Assembly (NCBI GenBank): GCA_963829055.1 | Contig: CAWHHI010000008.1 | Coordinates: forward strand, 377,081 to 441,080 | Direction of reading: 5' to 3' | DNA: 64,000 nt | From: an uncultured Gemmatimonadaceae bacterium | GTDB lineage: Bacteria > Gemmatimonadota > Gemmatimonadetes > Gemmatimonadales > Gemmatimonadaceae | Shown: in pieces, positions 1 to 12,997 of the stretch | How positions within the stretch are numbered: the first letter of the stretch is position 1 | Layout of the letters: the number at the start of each line of letters is the position of its first letter | Program-made: the position numbers and the translations under genes | Notes under the pieces: generated by a model | Told to the model about the DNA's origin: nothing | The model's database searches: none | The model's input: only the letters and a program-made list of their open reading frames with translations

Positions 1-724
1 AACAAGGCGTTATGCATGTTGTCGGTGCTGATCAACACGCACATGCTGGAAGCCGCGCGCGATGCTGGCGTTAGGCGCTTCTTCTACTCGTCGTCCGCGT
101 GCGTGTACAACGCGGACAAGCAGACGAGGCCCGACCTGGTCGCGCTCCGGGAGGAGGACGCGTATCCCGGCGATGCCCGAGGATGGCTACGGCTGGGAGA
201 AGCTGTTCTCGGAGCGCATGTGCCGGCACTTCCGCGAGGACTTCGGTCTCGTGACGCGCGTGGCGCGCTATCATAACGCGTACGGCCCGCATGGCACGTG
301 GGAGGGTGGCCGGGAGAAGGCACCGGCGGCGATCTGCCGGAAGGTGATCGCGGCCAAGGTGAGCGGGAAACACGAGATCCCGATCTGGGGCGACGGGAAT
401 CAGTCGCGGTCGTTCATGTACATCTCGGACTGCGTGCGCGGGACGCGGGCGATCATGGACAGCGACATCATCGAGCCGATCAACCTCGGGTCGAGCGAGC
501 TGGTGACGATCAACCAGCTGGTGTCGATCGTGGAGGGGATCGCGGGGATCGAGTTGAAGCGGACGTACGACCTGACGGCGCCGAAGGGCGTGAACGGGCG
601 GAACTCGGACAACACGAAGATCCGCGAGTACCTCGGCTGGGAGCCGTCGGTGGCGCTACGCGATGGGCTCGAGAAGACGTATCGGTGGATCTACGACGAC
701 TACGTCGCCAAGTACGGAAGCTGA
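1..724 (+). CDS. NAD-dependent epimerase/dehydratase, GDP-mannose 3,5-epimerase-like (5' partial, one frameshift near 170)
   Basis: FFYSSSACVY in ORF 16..276 continues as PEDGYGWEKLFSE (YxxxK), GGREKAPAAICRK, IWGDGNQSRSF, GVNGRNSDN in ORF 62..724. Confidence 0.85.
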
Positions 725-734
725 GACTCCTCGT

Positions 735-897
735 TCAAGTCGACGGAGTGCCTCGAATCCACGCGGGCCATCGAGCCACTCGACGCTCGAGCCAAGACGG
801 CACGAGTCCCTTGTTCGGTCGTCGCAGCACGAGGAAGAGAGCCGGGAGGTAGATCAGCAGCACGCCCGCCGCGCCGGATACACGGAGCCATACCTCC
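735..897 (-). pseudogene. C-terminal relic of a GT87-like membrane protein
   Basis: Hand translation GVLLIYLPALFLVLRRPNKGLVPSWLERRVARWPAWIRGTPST* matches the C-terminus of 18217..19212 (GVYLPAAILILRRPNTGALPERVERYAARLPRWLRGNAA*); in-frame stop upstream and no N-terminal part found. Confidence 0.7.
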
Positions 898-1284
898 TAC
901 GAAGGCGTGACACCAGGAGCGCAAGGGGCACGCGGCGGCGGCACGGGGGACCACACGGCGCGGCTCAACACGCGATGGTAGTTCACGAATGTTCGCTCTT
1001 CGGCGTACTCACGACGCGCAGCACCATTGCCACCGTGCGGATGCCCGGCACGGGATGGCGCCGACGAGCAGGTCCGCGCGTGCGCCCATGCCCGCTGGCG
1101 AAAGAGTCCGGAGAACGCTACGATCACAGCGGCGAAGCGGGTCGGCAGCGCAGACATGACACATCACTCTTGCCAAAGAGATCTGTCAGTCTGCAAGGCC
1201 ACCCGCTTCGTCACGTCATGAGCTCGCCTGATTCACCAGACGAGAAATGGCCAAAGTCCAGTCAAGCGCTTAGGAACCGAGGGC

Positions 1285-2337
1285 ATGCGGTACATTCATC
1301 AAGCCGACTTGCAAGAGGTCCTCGAAATCGGACGGCGGCGATTTCGAGGCGCTTCGAGGCGCGACCCTGCTCGTAACCGGCGCGACCGGGTTCGTCGGCT
1401 CATGGATTCTGGAGACGGCGGCTTTTGCTAACACCGCCGCGAGCGCGGGAATTCGTCTCGTTGCTCTGGTGCCGCCCGGAATTGACGCTACACAGGTCAG
1501 CCGACTGCACGGAGTGCGTGTCGTGGAGGGCGACATTCGAACTCTCGATCTTCGAGAGCTCGTGCGCCAGGCTCCTGAGGTCGCGGCGGTTGACGCCGTG
1601 GTCCACGCGGCTATCGCCGTGGACGCAACGACCGTCGCCGCGAACCCGATGCCAACGCTCGAGACGGCCGTGGAGGGAACACGACGTGCGCTTGCCGTCG
1701 CTCGGGAAAGCGGGGCGCGTCGGTTTCTCTTTCTCAGCTCTGGTGCCGTCTACGGAAAGTGCCCCCCTGACCTCACGCGTATCCCCGAGTCGTACTGTGG
1801 CGGTCCTGATACGACAGACCCGTTGGCGGTATACGCCGAGGGGAAGCGAATCGGCGAAATGATGTGTGCATGTACGACTCGCGCGCACGGACTGGAGACC
1901 GTCATGGCGAGGGGATTTGCGTTCGTCGGGCCACACCTGCCCATCGATCGCCACTTCGCGCTCGGCAATTTCATCCGCGACGCGCTTCGTGGCGGGCCTG
2001 TGGTTGTCGCGAGCGACGGCACTCCAATCCGTTCATACCAGTACGCGGCAGACATGGCGGCCTGGCTTTGGGCGCTGCTCGTTCGCGGTGAAAGCGGCCG
2101 TGCTTACAACGTCGGCGCCTCGCGCGAGATCTCCGTTGGTGAGCTTGCGCGGCTCGTCGCCGCTGCTGCCGGGAACGGTTCCACGGTCGAAGTGCGCCGT
2201 CCGGCAGTTCCGGGGCTACTCCCGAGCGATACTTGCCGGATGTGAGCCTCGCGACCGAGACGCTCGGTTTGCGCGAGACCGTGACCCTCGAAGAGAGTAT
2301 CGAACGCACACTCCGATGGCACCGGAGCTTCCAGTGA
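1285..2337 (+). CDS. NAD-dependent epimerase/dehydratase (YerF/UDP-glucuronate decarboxylase-like), frameshifted
   Basis: LLVTGATGFVGSW Rossmann motif, [40 protein letters not shown]. Confidence 0.85.
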
Positions 2338-3392
2338 GCGGGGACGTATCGCCACCGCATCGTTACCAGTGACCTCGAAGCGATCGGCGGAACTCAGCTT
2401 CCGTGGGAGCTGCTCGATGGAGCAACGGTGGCGATTACCGGCGCGTCCGGGCTCGTTGCATCATATCTCGCCGAGGCGCTGCTCTTTCGAAATGAATCGT
2501 ATGGTTCGCGAATTCGGGTGGTCGCGGCCGTTCGCAATCCGTCGGCTGCGCGCGAGCGGTTCTCCGCGTACCGTGGACGCGACGACATAGAGATCGTAGA
2601 GCATGACGCCGCCGGGCCACTCGAATACGTTGGACGCATTAACTATCTCGTGCACGCAGCCGGCAATGCGACCCCGAGCTCCTTTGGCCGCGACCCAATC
2701 GGCACCTACGCGCCTAACGTCGTCGGGACTCACCATTTGATGCAGCGAGCGCATGCAGACGCGCTCGGCAGCGGTGCTCTTTCTGAGCAGCGGGGCGGTT
2801 CATGGTGCTCTTGCCCCTGATGCCCCGATCTTGCGGGAGGATGTTTATGGAATTGTCGATCCGCTCGACCCTCGAGCGAGTTATGCCGAGTCCAAACGCA
2901 TGGGAGAGACGATCTGCCGAAGCTGGTGGGTGCAGCATGGAGTGCCCGTGCGGATGGCGCGCCTAGGGCACACCTACGGCCCCGGGATGCGGCGCTCGGA
3001 CGAGCGCGCGTTCGCCCAGTTCGTCTTCAGTGCGATCGACGGGAAGGACATCGTATTGAACAGCGACGGCTCGGCAGTTCGCCCGTACTGCTATCTTGCC
3101 GACGCCACTGCTGCATTACTTCGGGTGCTACTCGTTGGCTCCAACGGAGAGGCATACCTGGTCGCAAACACGTCGGCCTCGTGCTCGATCCGTGAGCTGG
3201 CGGATCTGGTTGCGAGCCTCGCACCGACACCGATCAGCGTACGGCGCGCTACAGCCGCTCCGCCGGCCGAGTACTTGCCCAATCGGGACCCGGCGCACCC
3301 GCTCGATATCTCGAAAATACGTGCGCTCGGCTGGGAGCCACGCACGGGCCTCCGTGAAGGGTTCCGTCAAGACGATCGAGAGTTACCAATGA
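2334..3392 (+). CDS. NAD-dependent epimerase/dehydratase (extended SDR), frameshifted
   Basis: AITGASGLVAS, HAAGNATP, YAESKRMGE, RLGHTYGPG; GTGA and ATGA overlaps with both neighbours. Confidence 0.85.
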
Positions 3393-4322
3393 CTGCTCGC
3401 CCCAGTGACCTGCGCCAGCAATACCTGAGTGGAGCGCTCGACAAGCATGAGTACGCGCGTCGGATCGGCGAGCACCACCTAACGCTGCGGGACCTGGCGG
3501 GGTTGCTGAAGGGATCGGACATTTCAACGATCGAGTTGAGTGCTGACGGAGTAACATTTGTCAGCCGCTTTGGTGGGGCGCGATTTCCGTGCGACCCTGT
3601 GGATCGCGGGCTTCCGCCCGTTGTTGCACTCAACTTCGGCAGCTACGAGTCGAAGGACTTCGAGATGCTGCTGGCGCTCGTGCCACGCGGCGCGACGTTC
3701 GTCGATGTCGGAGCGAACATCGGTTGGTATTCAGTGCACGTCGCGGTCGCCGATCCTACCGCGCGCGCAATCGCGATCGAGCCAATTCCGAGCTCATTTC
3801 GCTGGCTCTCCGCGGCGGTCGCCGCAAACGCCCTACCTAACGTGATAACGATCGAATGTAGCGGTGGGCGCAGAACGCGGTGAGTTGACGCTCTTCGTGG
3901 ATGCGACGATCTCCGGCGCGGCGTCAGCGGCTCCGTCAACCGGTCCGTCAGGCCTCGAACAGGTAACGTGTCCCGTCGTCACAATTGATGACGTCGTCGC
4001 CGAACACGGTGGCCGAGCCGACGTTCTGAAGCTCGATATCGAGGGCGCGGAGCTTTTCGCACTCCGCGGCGCAGCGAGCGTTCTCGCGATGCAACGTCCG
4101 ATTGTCTTCTGCGAGATGCTCCGAAAGCTCGCGCGGCCGTTCGGCTACCACCCGAACGACATTATCACTCTCATGCGCGGACACGGCTACGATTGCTACC
4201 GGGCGGATGGGGTCGACTCATTCCATTCGAGTCAATGGACGACGAAACGATCGAGACGAACTTCTACTTTCTGCACCAGGATGCTCACGCGCACGAGCGC
4301 GCAAAGTTCGTCAGTTCGCTGA
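3389..4322 (+). CDS. FkbM family methyltransferase, frameshifted (3' end approximate)
   Basis: FVDVGANIGWYS, AIEP, LKLDIEGAELFALRG, RPIVFCE. Confidence 0.85.
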
Positions 4323-4335
4323 GCAGGTCGTTGCC

Positions 4336-5300
4336 TCAGAAGTTCAGTCGTTCGAGTTCGTGGACTAGCGGCCGGTTCTTCACATAGGTGTAGATCGGCG
4401 CCCACGTATTCGCCGACGACGCCGATGAAGATCAACTGAATTGCGGAGAGGAAGAAGAAGCCAATCACCATCGGCGCGATCCCAAGATTGAAGCTGTTCC
4501 AAAGCGCAATCTTCGCGACCAGGTAGCCGAAACCAACCAGCATGCTCAGGACGGCGCCGTCGCCACTCCGGTGAGAGTTGCCATGCGAAGCGGGATCTTC
4601 GAGTGGTTGACGATTCCCTGGAACGCGACGTCGAATAGTTCGTACGTGCTGATCTTGCTCTTGCCGGCTCGCCGCACTTCCTGACGGTAGGGGATCTTCA
4701 CGCCTTGTAGCCCGTTTCCGCGACGAGCCCGCGAAAGAACGGGTACGGGTCCGCGATCTGGCGGAGCGAGGATGATGCGTTGGTCGTAGATGCCGAAGCC
4801 GGTCGCCTGATGAACGACCTCTACGTCGGCGACCTTCGCCAACCATCGATAGTACGTGTCGCGCACTTTGTACATGAACCAGTGTTCGTCGCTCTCGAGC
4901 TTGACGCCAAGTGCAATACGCGCTCCGGCGGCCCAAGCAGCCAGGAGTTGCGGAATCAGCGCGGGCGGGTCCTGAAAGTCGGCCCGATGCCAATGACTGC
5001 GTCGCCTCGTGCTTGCAACAGGCCATATACCGGTGACCGAATCGGGCCGAAGTTTCGCGTGTTGAGGATCACCTTCACAGCCGGGTCGGCAGCTGCCGAG
5101 CTCACGCAAGATCGCCGGCGTGCTGTCCGTCGATCCGTTATCGATGAACAAGTGCTCGTACCGATACGCTGGCAGACGGTCAATTCGCGCTTCACCGCGA
5201 GATAGATCTCGCGGACGTTAGGCTCCTCGTTGTAGCACGGAGTGACGACGGTAATGAGCGGATTCGACGATGGTTGGGGAGTTTGAGACTTGCAGCCCAC
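4336..5300 (-). CDS. GT2 polyprenyl-phosphate glycosyltransferase (GtrB/ArnC-like), frameshifted
   Basis: ITVVTPCYNEE, FIDNGSTD, NTRNFG, ADFQDPP, two C-terminal TM helices ending GEYVGAIY; paralog of 23845..24879. Confidence 0.85.
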
Positions 5301-5340
5301 GAAGGCGTTGTTCGCGATCGAAGTCGCGCTGTTTCGCGAT

Positions 5341-6689
5341 CTACAACGTCTTCCTGTGGGGCTGTTGGACCTGGAGCAACGCGAGTGGAAGGCTCTCGCG
5401 CCGATGACGAGTGCCGCGTACCCTCCAACGGTGCGCTCGGCCGAGCGTCCGACAGCGACCGCAAATGTCCCCGCTGTCACGATCAGAGCGCCGTGATCGC
5501 GGTTTCCATGAGCGACTCTTCTCGCCACGCTCGAAGGTAGCTTCCGAAAGACTGAGTAAGCAGCCATGCAAGGTTGGTCGCACCGACGACGAGAGATCCA
5601 CCGGGCCGGTAGCGCCCGCGATGCGACCGTCGGAGACAGACCTCCGACGAACGACACAACGGCTGCCGCGGCGATAGCTCCGCAAGTTGCGACGGCCACC
5701 GCTTGGAGCGTTGCCCTCGTCGCGAGGCGACGGAGTTCGATTGCGCCGCCGCGCGAAAGCAACAAGGCAGTACTGTGGGTATCTCGCCCGCAGCCACGCA
5801 ATACTGAGCAGTCTAGCGGTGCCGTGGCAATTGCGAACGTCATGCCTACCCGCCCCGCCGCGACGGCGCCCTGTGTCACTAGAACGATCGCGGTGACGCT
5901 CTGTGGCGCCACCCACCGGCGAGCCATGTCGCGCCTGTGCGCCACTGCACTTCACCGAGCCCACCGGTTCTCTCAGTGCCGTGCCGGACCTGCGAGCGGC
6001 CTTCGACGACCAAGCCTGGGTGGCGTAAGCGAAGCCATCCCCCGTTATCGACACCCACGCAAGCGAAAACGCGGGCAACACCCCACGGGGCACCCAGCCC
6101 AAGAATCGCAATCCAGAGCGCTCAGGGCGGAGACCCACGTCTGTAGGAGCTCGCATCCGTTGCACACGAAGTAGGCCGCCGCAGCCCTCGATTGCACACA
6201 GCGATGGAATGAGCGGCAGGTACGCAGCCGTGACACCGCACCGTGATGCAGCCACGGCAGCAAAGCTGGTCGCCCAACCTCGCCCGCCTGTGGGAAGATC
6301 AACGCGATACTCCCCAACCGCATCCAACGACACCTAACGTCAATGCAACGCGGCCGTACCAGCGCTGCCCATCGTGTATCGCACGATGACACGCGAGCGC
6401 AGCGATGCGGAGTCGCCGGCCAACCCGCCGCGAGCATTCCATCGAGGAAAGCGGATTCATGGCTCGCCACCTGCACCATAAGCGTCCCGACGCCGAGCTC
6501 CATGAGCTGCGTCAGCGCCTGCAGGTTCCAGAGAATGAAAAATACTCCCTGTTCGGCAGGCGGTCGTCTGGTCGCGACGAGCCAAAGCGTCACTGGCGCT
6601 GCGAGTAGGAGCGACAACCGCGTCAGGAGAACGAACGCAACAGCAAGATCAAAGTGCGCAGCGGCCCTGCCCCGCCATGACATTGTCAT
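5341..6689 (-). CDS. Wzx-like polysaccharide flippase/exporter, heavily frameshifted (3' end approximate)
   Basis: Hydrophobic N-terminus LLLAAPVTLWLV..EQGVFFILWNLQALTQLMELGVG and further TM segments in alternating frames; position inside the glycan operon. Confidence 0.6.
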
Positions 6690-6738
6690 CGGATTTCTCG
6701 AGACCGACAGCTGAAAATCGCGATGCAATGGCTCTCGA

Positions 6739-7944
6739 CTAGTTGATCTCGTAGAGCGTGATAATAGCCCGGTCCTCGCCGAGCAACTCGCGAATCTGGC
6801 TGACGATTTCGGTCTGGAACACTCTTGAGAGAATCAAGATTGGCTCGCGTCTGCCTTGCAGTGCCGATGGTGCGACAATTGGTCGACCGGCCACGGTTCT
6901 TACCATGGTACTTGGTATTCGAGTCGACGAATGCTCGGATGGCCGCGTCTCCGCAGACGGGTCGTTGCCAGAAGTCGCGTTGCGTTGGTTCCGACGCCCC
7001 ACACCACGATCGGCTGCTGCGATTCCACCAGCGCATCAATTCGCTCGTGAAGACGCCGCTCTTCGTCGGTACAAACGTTCAATGTATCGTTGCAACGCTG
7101 GCCCGGAGTCTCGATCTACGCCAAGCGACTCGGAATCTGCGCCGGTCAGTCGGAAGGCGGCCGAAACGTTGGACATGATTGTTCGGTGAGCCTGAATGCG
7201 ATGGTTCTGTTCGAGGAATAGCGTTCGGAACGCATGTGCGGCAAAAAGGTTGGCCAATGACACGGGCGCGAAGAAGTTGATGTGTTCGACACTGAAATCT
7301 TGAAATGGCGCGTTAGGCCAGCGGACGAATTCGAGTGCGTTTGGAACTTCAACATAGACGATCCCGCCCGGCGACAGGATCGAACGCACGTGCCTCATGG
7401 CCTCCGCAAGGTCTCGGATGTGCTCGAGCACACCGACGAGAACGACGACATCGAACGTGTAGGGAAGAGCTGGAAATTGACCAAGGTGGCCCTGCAACAC
7501 GTCGATACCGTGCAATCGCCGGGCGGTCTCGACGCAGGCAGGCGACGGGTCGAGACCAAGAACGTTCGGATACCCTCGCTCAGCGAGAAGGTAGAGCAGT
7601 CGGCCGGACGCGCATCCGATATCGAGGATACGAGAGTCGTTGCTGGGAACGAGCGGCCCGACGATATCGGCGATGACCTCCATACGAACCCGGTCGAACT
7701 CCGATTCCTCACCACTGCGCTGGTGATACTCGTACTTCGAGACGTCGCGATAGTAGTCGTCGAACTGTTGTTGGCTGGGAATGCCGTCGGCGTACGCGGC
7801 CCCACACCGCCCGCAAGTCACCACATCGTATCCATTGACTATGCTGACGCCGTCGATGGGTTCGAACCGCTGATGAAAGAGCTTGGCTGCAGCGGCCGCT
7901 CCGCAAACTGGACATGGTCGAGGTGCAACGTGAGCGCTGTTCAA
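6739..7944 (-). CDS. Class I SAM methyltransferase with N-terminal CxxC..CxxC and C-terminal Rossmann-like domain (NDP-sugar methyltransferase-like)
   Basis: CPVC..CGRC, ILDIGCASG, VLEH, EVPN, EHINFF, VVWGVG, FVDSN; paralog of 37753..38989. Confidence 0.8.
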
Positions 7945-9147
7945 TTTTCGTTCGCCCCGGCAACGCGCGCTCGGCCGGGATCGCGTAACACACGAGGTCC
8001 CATCCTTCTTCGTTGTACGGTCGCAGCACATATCGATAGTCGTCGACGATCGAATTGACCAGAAGCGGCAGACGCCAGAGGTGGTTCTGTCGGTGGTAGA
8101 CACACATTGCGATTATCGGACGATCCCGAGCGACGATAGCCCGGGCACCGGCGATCGCCTCAGGTTCAGCGCCTTCGATGTCCAGTTTAAGGAAACTGAT
8201 CGATTTGTCGACGAAGAGCTCATCCAGCGGAACGCAAACCACGTCGTCCGGTAACTCGGGGCCGATCGCGGGGACTAGCACGGCACTCACTGAACCACTC
8301 TGCGCGATTCGCATCCGTGCGCGCTCGGAGTACGCGGCCAGCGGCAAAGTGGTTATGCGTTGCCGCACTTCACGTCGGCAACTCAGCAACGTAACGTTCA
8401 AGGGCGGCGAAATTCGACAGGATCTGGCTCGAGGGCGACGTACTCTTCGCCGACACGGTCCGGCAGCGACTACGCTGCGCAGCGTGTCCCCGTCGTAGGC
8501 ACCGCCGTCAACGAATACCTCGCGATCCTTCGGGGCGAACACAGCCTGACGCGAGGTATTGGGGTTCAGGAGTCGGGATGTGGCAATGCTTCAAGGTCCG
8601 CCAGCAGGCGAAACCGCAACTGCGCTACGAATTCGCTTCGCGACCGAACATCGCTTAGCAGAGCGTATGCACGTCCTGATGTCGCTTGCTTCCTCCAGCA
8701 CGCAATGAGGAAGGTCCAAGCAATAGTGCGGTAGCATCACGTCTGCGTATTTCCAACCGAGCACCGCCATCGGCGCGACGTAGGTGCAGCCAAGTTCAGA
8801 TAGCTGCCGCCGAGATTGTTCGTAGCGATGCGTGCCTCCAGCGCGCCAGATCGTCACGACGAACGTCGCCGACTTGCCGAATCGGCCGCGGCTTCGCGTG
8901 GCGAATAGAACGGGCACGCCGTCGAGCGTGGTGCCCCACAACGATTCTGCATTGTCGACGAATGCGATCGGCAGGACCACCCTACCTGCCGAAGCCCGTG
9001 CAGCGTGCGACGTCCTAGCCGACCAGCGCCGAACAGTACGATCGAAAGGCTCCCTGGGGCGCTCGCACTATCGAACGCCGACGCCTCTCGACGTACGCAG
9101 TCCTCAACGGATTCGGATAGCAGCAGGTCGAGTGCCTCACTCGGCAC
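7941..9147 (-). CDS. FkbM family methyltransferase with N-terminal Rossmann-like segment, frameshifted
   Basis: LFGAGRLG, FVDGGAYDGDT, FLKLDIEGAE, IAMCVYH. Confidence 0.85.
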
Positions 9148-9177
9148 GCGTGGATGATGATTTGACGTGCTGCAAGC

Positions 9178-10039
9178 CTACCAACAGGACTTACCTCCAT
9201 CGACGATCAGGTTGGAACCGGTCATGAACGATGATGCGTCAGAGCAGAGAAACAGGATCGCTCCCTGATACTCGTCTGCGCGTGCCATCCGAGCGAGCGG
9301 AATTCTTTCGGCCGCGAGCGCCAGGAAGGCGATGATCCTGGCCGTTCTCGATTCCGCCAACGGTTATCGAGTTGACCCTGACCCCAGCAGTTGCCCAGTA
9401 GGTCGCCAAGTAGCGAGTCATTCCAAGTAGGCCACTTTTTACCACGGAGTACGAGATCGGTTTGACGGGCTGTTCGTCCTCCGGGACACCGTCTATGTCG
9501 GTAGATGCGCTGATCGGGCGCGATGACACCGTACTCCGACGCGATATTCACGATGACTACCAAACCCTCGACGCGCCATTTCCCTGCCGATGATCTGACT
9601 GCAGAGAAACGCGCCGGTAAGCCCCACCGCGAGGTCGGCGTTCCATTGATCAAGGGAAAACCGCTCGAGCCGCGAGAAGGTGACTGACGTGTCTATCCTC
9701 CACTTTGGGATTGTTCGCGGCGTTGTTGATGAGGATGTCAACCTTGCCCATGCCGTTCATGATCGCGGCGAGCCAAGCGCTTCGACGTGAGCGGGACGCG
9801 TGATGTCCGCCGTGAAACGCCCAGGCATCGACACCGAATCGGTCGGCACATCCCGGGCGACCGACTCGGCCGCTTCGAGGACAATGTCGACGATGATCGG
9901 GATGCCGCCGGCGGCCGCGATCACCTCCGCGTGCTTAGGCCCGAGCAGGCCACCACCGCCGGCAATGACGGCGACTCGACCCGAGAGATCGAAAAGACTC
10001 GTTAGGGTAAGCTGTGGCCCTGTCGTTAGGAGTTGTCAT
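9178..10039 (-). CDS. Short-chain dehydrogenase/reductase (PtmA/ElaC-like), frameshifted
   Basis: [48 protein letters not shown]. Confidence 0.85.
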
Positions 10040-11122
10040 GCGACCGGGACAGCCTGTACGCGTGGTCATTGACTCGCGGACGGCATCTGCCACACGGACT
10101 GCAGCAATGCCATCGTTCAGCGTGACCACGGGCGATCGGCGAGTGCGCCGCGCGTCCAGGAAGTCCTCCATTTGTGCCAGGAATAGACTGTTTCGCTCGA
10201 ACATGTCGACGGTCACCAACTCGGAGACCTCGCCCGCCGCGTCCGCGGATCTCAAGGCGATTGGCGCGCAGATCGAGATCAGCCGAACCTTGCATCGCAG
10301 AGAACCTGGCATGTCCGCCTTGGGGGCCGCCGCAAGTAGTCCATCTGCAGATGGACTGGGAACCTCCGTTTCAGTGTCCCACAGGCCATCAGGATGCTTG
10401 CCACGTCCTCGACGTCGAGTTCGAGAGAGCTGAGCTTGCCACCAACAGCGAACAGACGCTTCGGCGCTCCGAACAGCCACTGGAGGTAGTCCAAGTCGTG
10501 AATGAGTGTGAGAACAACGCCACCACCGAGCGATCGCTGAGCCGCGTAGCTCGTTCCGTAGTCTTCGTATGGGTGGAAGCCCGGAAGATATTCCCCCACT
10601 TCTGCCCGCACGGCGATCGCACGGCCCAATTGCGCGGATCGAAGAACCTCGTGCAGTCGCTTGAGCGCAGGATGGAATCGAAGCTGACTGCTTACACTAG
10701 CAACGATCCCACGCTCCTCGACCGCCGCCACCAATACTTCGACGCCGCGCATCGAATCCGAAACAGGTTTCTCGAGAAACAGGTCACAGCCAGCCATCGC
10801 GCATAGGATCGCGGTCTCGAGGTGTTGGCTCGTCGGATTGCAGATCCACGCCGCATGCGGACGGCGCTCGAGAGCCTCAGGAAGCGAATCGAACGATTCG
10901 ATTCCGTACTCGTCCTCAGGGCGTTGTGCGCTGTTCAATTCCATTCCGTCGGAAAGCACAGGATGCAGACCGCTTCACCCGGTAGGCAGTCAACCTCACC
11001 TGGTCGCCAAGCAGCTTTCGAAGATTGCGCGCATGACGTTGACCTATGGAGCCAAGACCAACGATCAAGACACACAGCCGTCGGTCACCCCCCAGAAGAA
11101 CCGTGTCCGACCGGTGACTCAT
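10036..11122 (-). CDS. Gfo/Idh/MocA family oxidoreductase, frameshifted
   Basis: LIVGLGSIGQRH, ICNPTSQH, FLEKP, GGGVVLTLIHDLDY, DVED. Confidence 0.85.
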
Positions 11123-12937
11123 TCTTCGATCGGCGGCACGATCATGTTCGCGCGAAATTCTTCGCGGTCGAGAAACGGCCACAGGTCTTCGAGCGGTTTC
11201 GATACCATTGACCCATCCGGGCGTCGAGCGCTTGCGAGGCTCGGTGCACGTGGCTCTTCCGGCGGAGACAAGATCTCACACACGATGGGGCCCGTCGTGC
11301 TCGAGGACCTCGCGAATCCGTTCTCGCAGTCTGATCGTGATTTCCGATCTGGGCAGTCGGTAACCCATACGCCTCGGCGACCCGACGGATGTCCGGGAGC
11401 GTCACGCCACTCGTGCCATCGGCTCCGCATAGGCGCCCGAAATAACGGTTCTGAGAGGTGCGAATAGATGCGTAGCCATCGTTGTTGAGGACGAATATTT
11501 TTATCGGTAGGCGCAGCCGGGAAATGGTCTCAAGCTCCTGGATGTTGAGTTGAATCCCGCCATCACCGTCAACGAGAATCGTTCGGCGTCCGTTAGCCGC
11601 CAAGCACGCTCCAATGGCATGCTGGCAGCCCATACCCCATCGCTCCCAAGGCTGTCGTCAGGACGATGCGCTGACCGTGGTTTCGCGTCTAGTGCCAACA
11701 GGAAGATCTCGATGCCAGCGCCCGAACTGCCCGAGACGATCACTTCTCCCATCCTCTGTCTCAGCAGATAGCGCTTCGGCGAAGACGTAGGTGCTCACAC
11801 GATCCGTCAGGTCCCGATACTCCGGACAGCACGACCGGGTACCGCGCCTTCCACTCGCGGCACCGAGCGAGCCAATCGGTTCGCGCAGGCAAGACACCCT
11901 CCGGCAGCTGCTCCAACATTTCTCGCAGAAAGTCCCGGGCATCATAACGCGCCGCGATCGCCACGTGCGGTCGCATGCGATCGAGCTCCGACGCATCGAT
12001 ATCGATCATGATCTTGTGCGCCGAACGAGCGAACTTCTCAGGAGCGTATCCCGTCATGACGAGATCAAGTCGCGCGCCGATCGACAGCATCCAGTCGGCG
12101 TTCTGAAGAGCGAAGTTCGCTCCGCGTGGCGCGACAGGTCCTGGCCGGCCCACACAAAGCGGATGCGTGTCAGCGACCATGTCGTGACTCAACCATGTCT
12201 TCAGCACCGGAATGCCCAACCGCTCTATGGTTTCGGCAATTTCGGTTTTGCGCCCCGGCGAGCCTCACCCCGTTTCCGAATAGCAGGATCGGCCTGGCCG
12301 CGTTCCGCAACGATTCGAATCGTGTCGCGAACAATGCGCGAAAGATCGGCCTTCGTTTCCAGTCGTGTCGACGATTCGACCTCTCGCCGGATCGAACGAC
12401 GACAGTGTCTGTTCATCGACCATCGCTCCTTGGACGTCGAGTGGGATATCAATCCACACTGGCCCGGGCCGGCCAGTTCGTGCGAGGTACGCCGCCTTCT
12501 CGAGGTGGTATCGAATCGTGGACGGATCCGCTACCGTGACGGCATACTTGGTGATCGGCGCAACGATCGGCGACGATGTCGACCTCCTGCACGCCAAGTT
12601 GCCTAACGCCCGTGTCGGCCTTGAGGTCAGCGCGCTTCACCTGACCCGACACAAAAATGGTTGGTGTCGAGTCCAAGAACGCTCCGGCAACGCCCGTTAC
12701 AGCGTTCGTACCGCCTGGCCCCGTGGTGACGAGCGCCGCTCCGAGCCCGGCGATCTTTCCGTAGGTCTCGGCCGCCATGGCGCTCGCCTGTTCGTGGAGA
12801 TTGCACACGAAGGTCAGACCCGTACATTGACCGACGGAATCATTCAAGTGCATCGCACCGCCACCGGTGACCATGAAAATATGGCGCACCCCTAGGTCGG
12901 CAATGAATCGGACGACGTAGTCGGAAAGCTTGATCAT
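11119..12937 (-). CDS. Thiamine-diphosphate-dependent enzyme, YerE-like carboligase (acetolactate synthase fold), frameshifted
   Basis: MIKLSDY, FMVTGGGAMHLNDS, HEQA, TTGPGGTNA, RQLGVQE, GDGG..NN ThDP motif, SKPLEDLWPFL. Confidence 0.85.
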
Positions 12938-12997
12938 GCCTCGAAGCTGAACTGGACGGTTGAGTCGCCTGGGGCTCGGTCGGTGTGGCACGACCAT

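Noticed and set aside
2753..3883. Epimerase-FkbM fusion ORF; likewise 7036..8103, 29394..31040, 37835..39724, 54471..55952 and 41734..43827
   Set aside because: Read-through or 5' extension from indels or upstream open frames; separate start/stop signals are visible at or near the junctions.
11119..12937. Housekeeping acetolactate synthase ilvB (also 35939..37752)
   Set aside because: No ilvN/ilvC nearby; the GGGAMHLND, RQLG.QE and PLED motifs and the glycan context fit the YerE-like group better.
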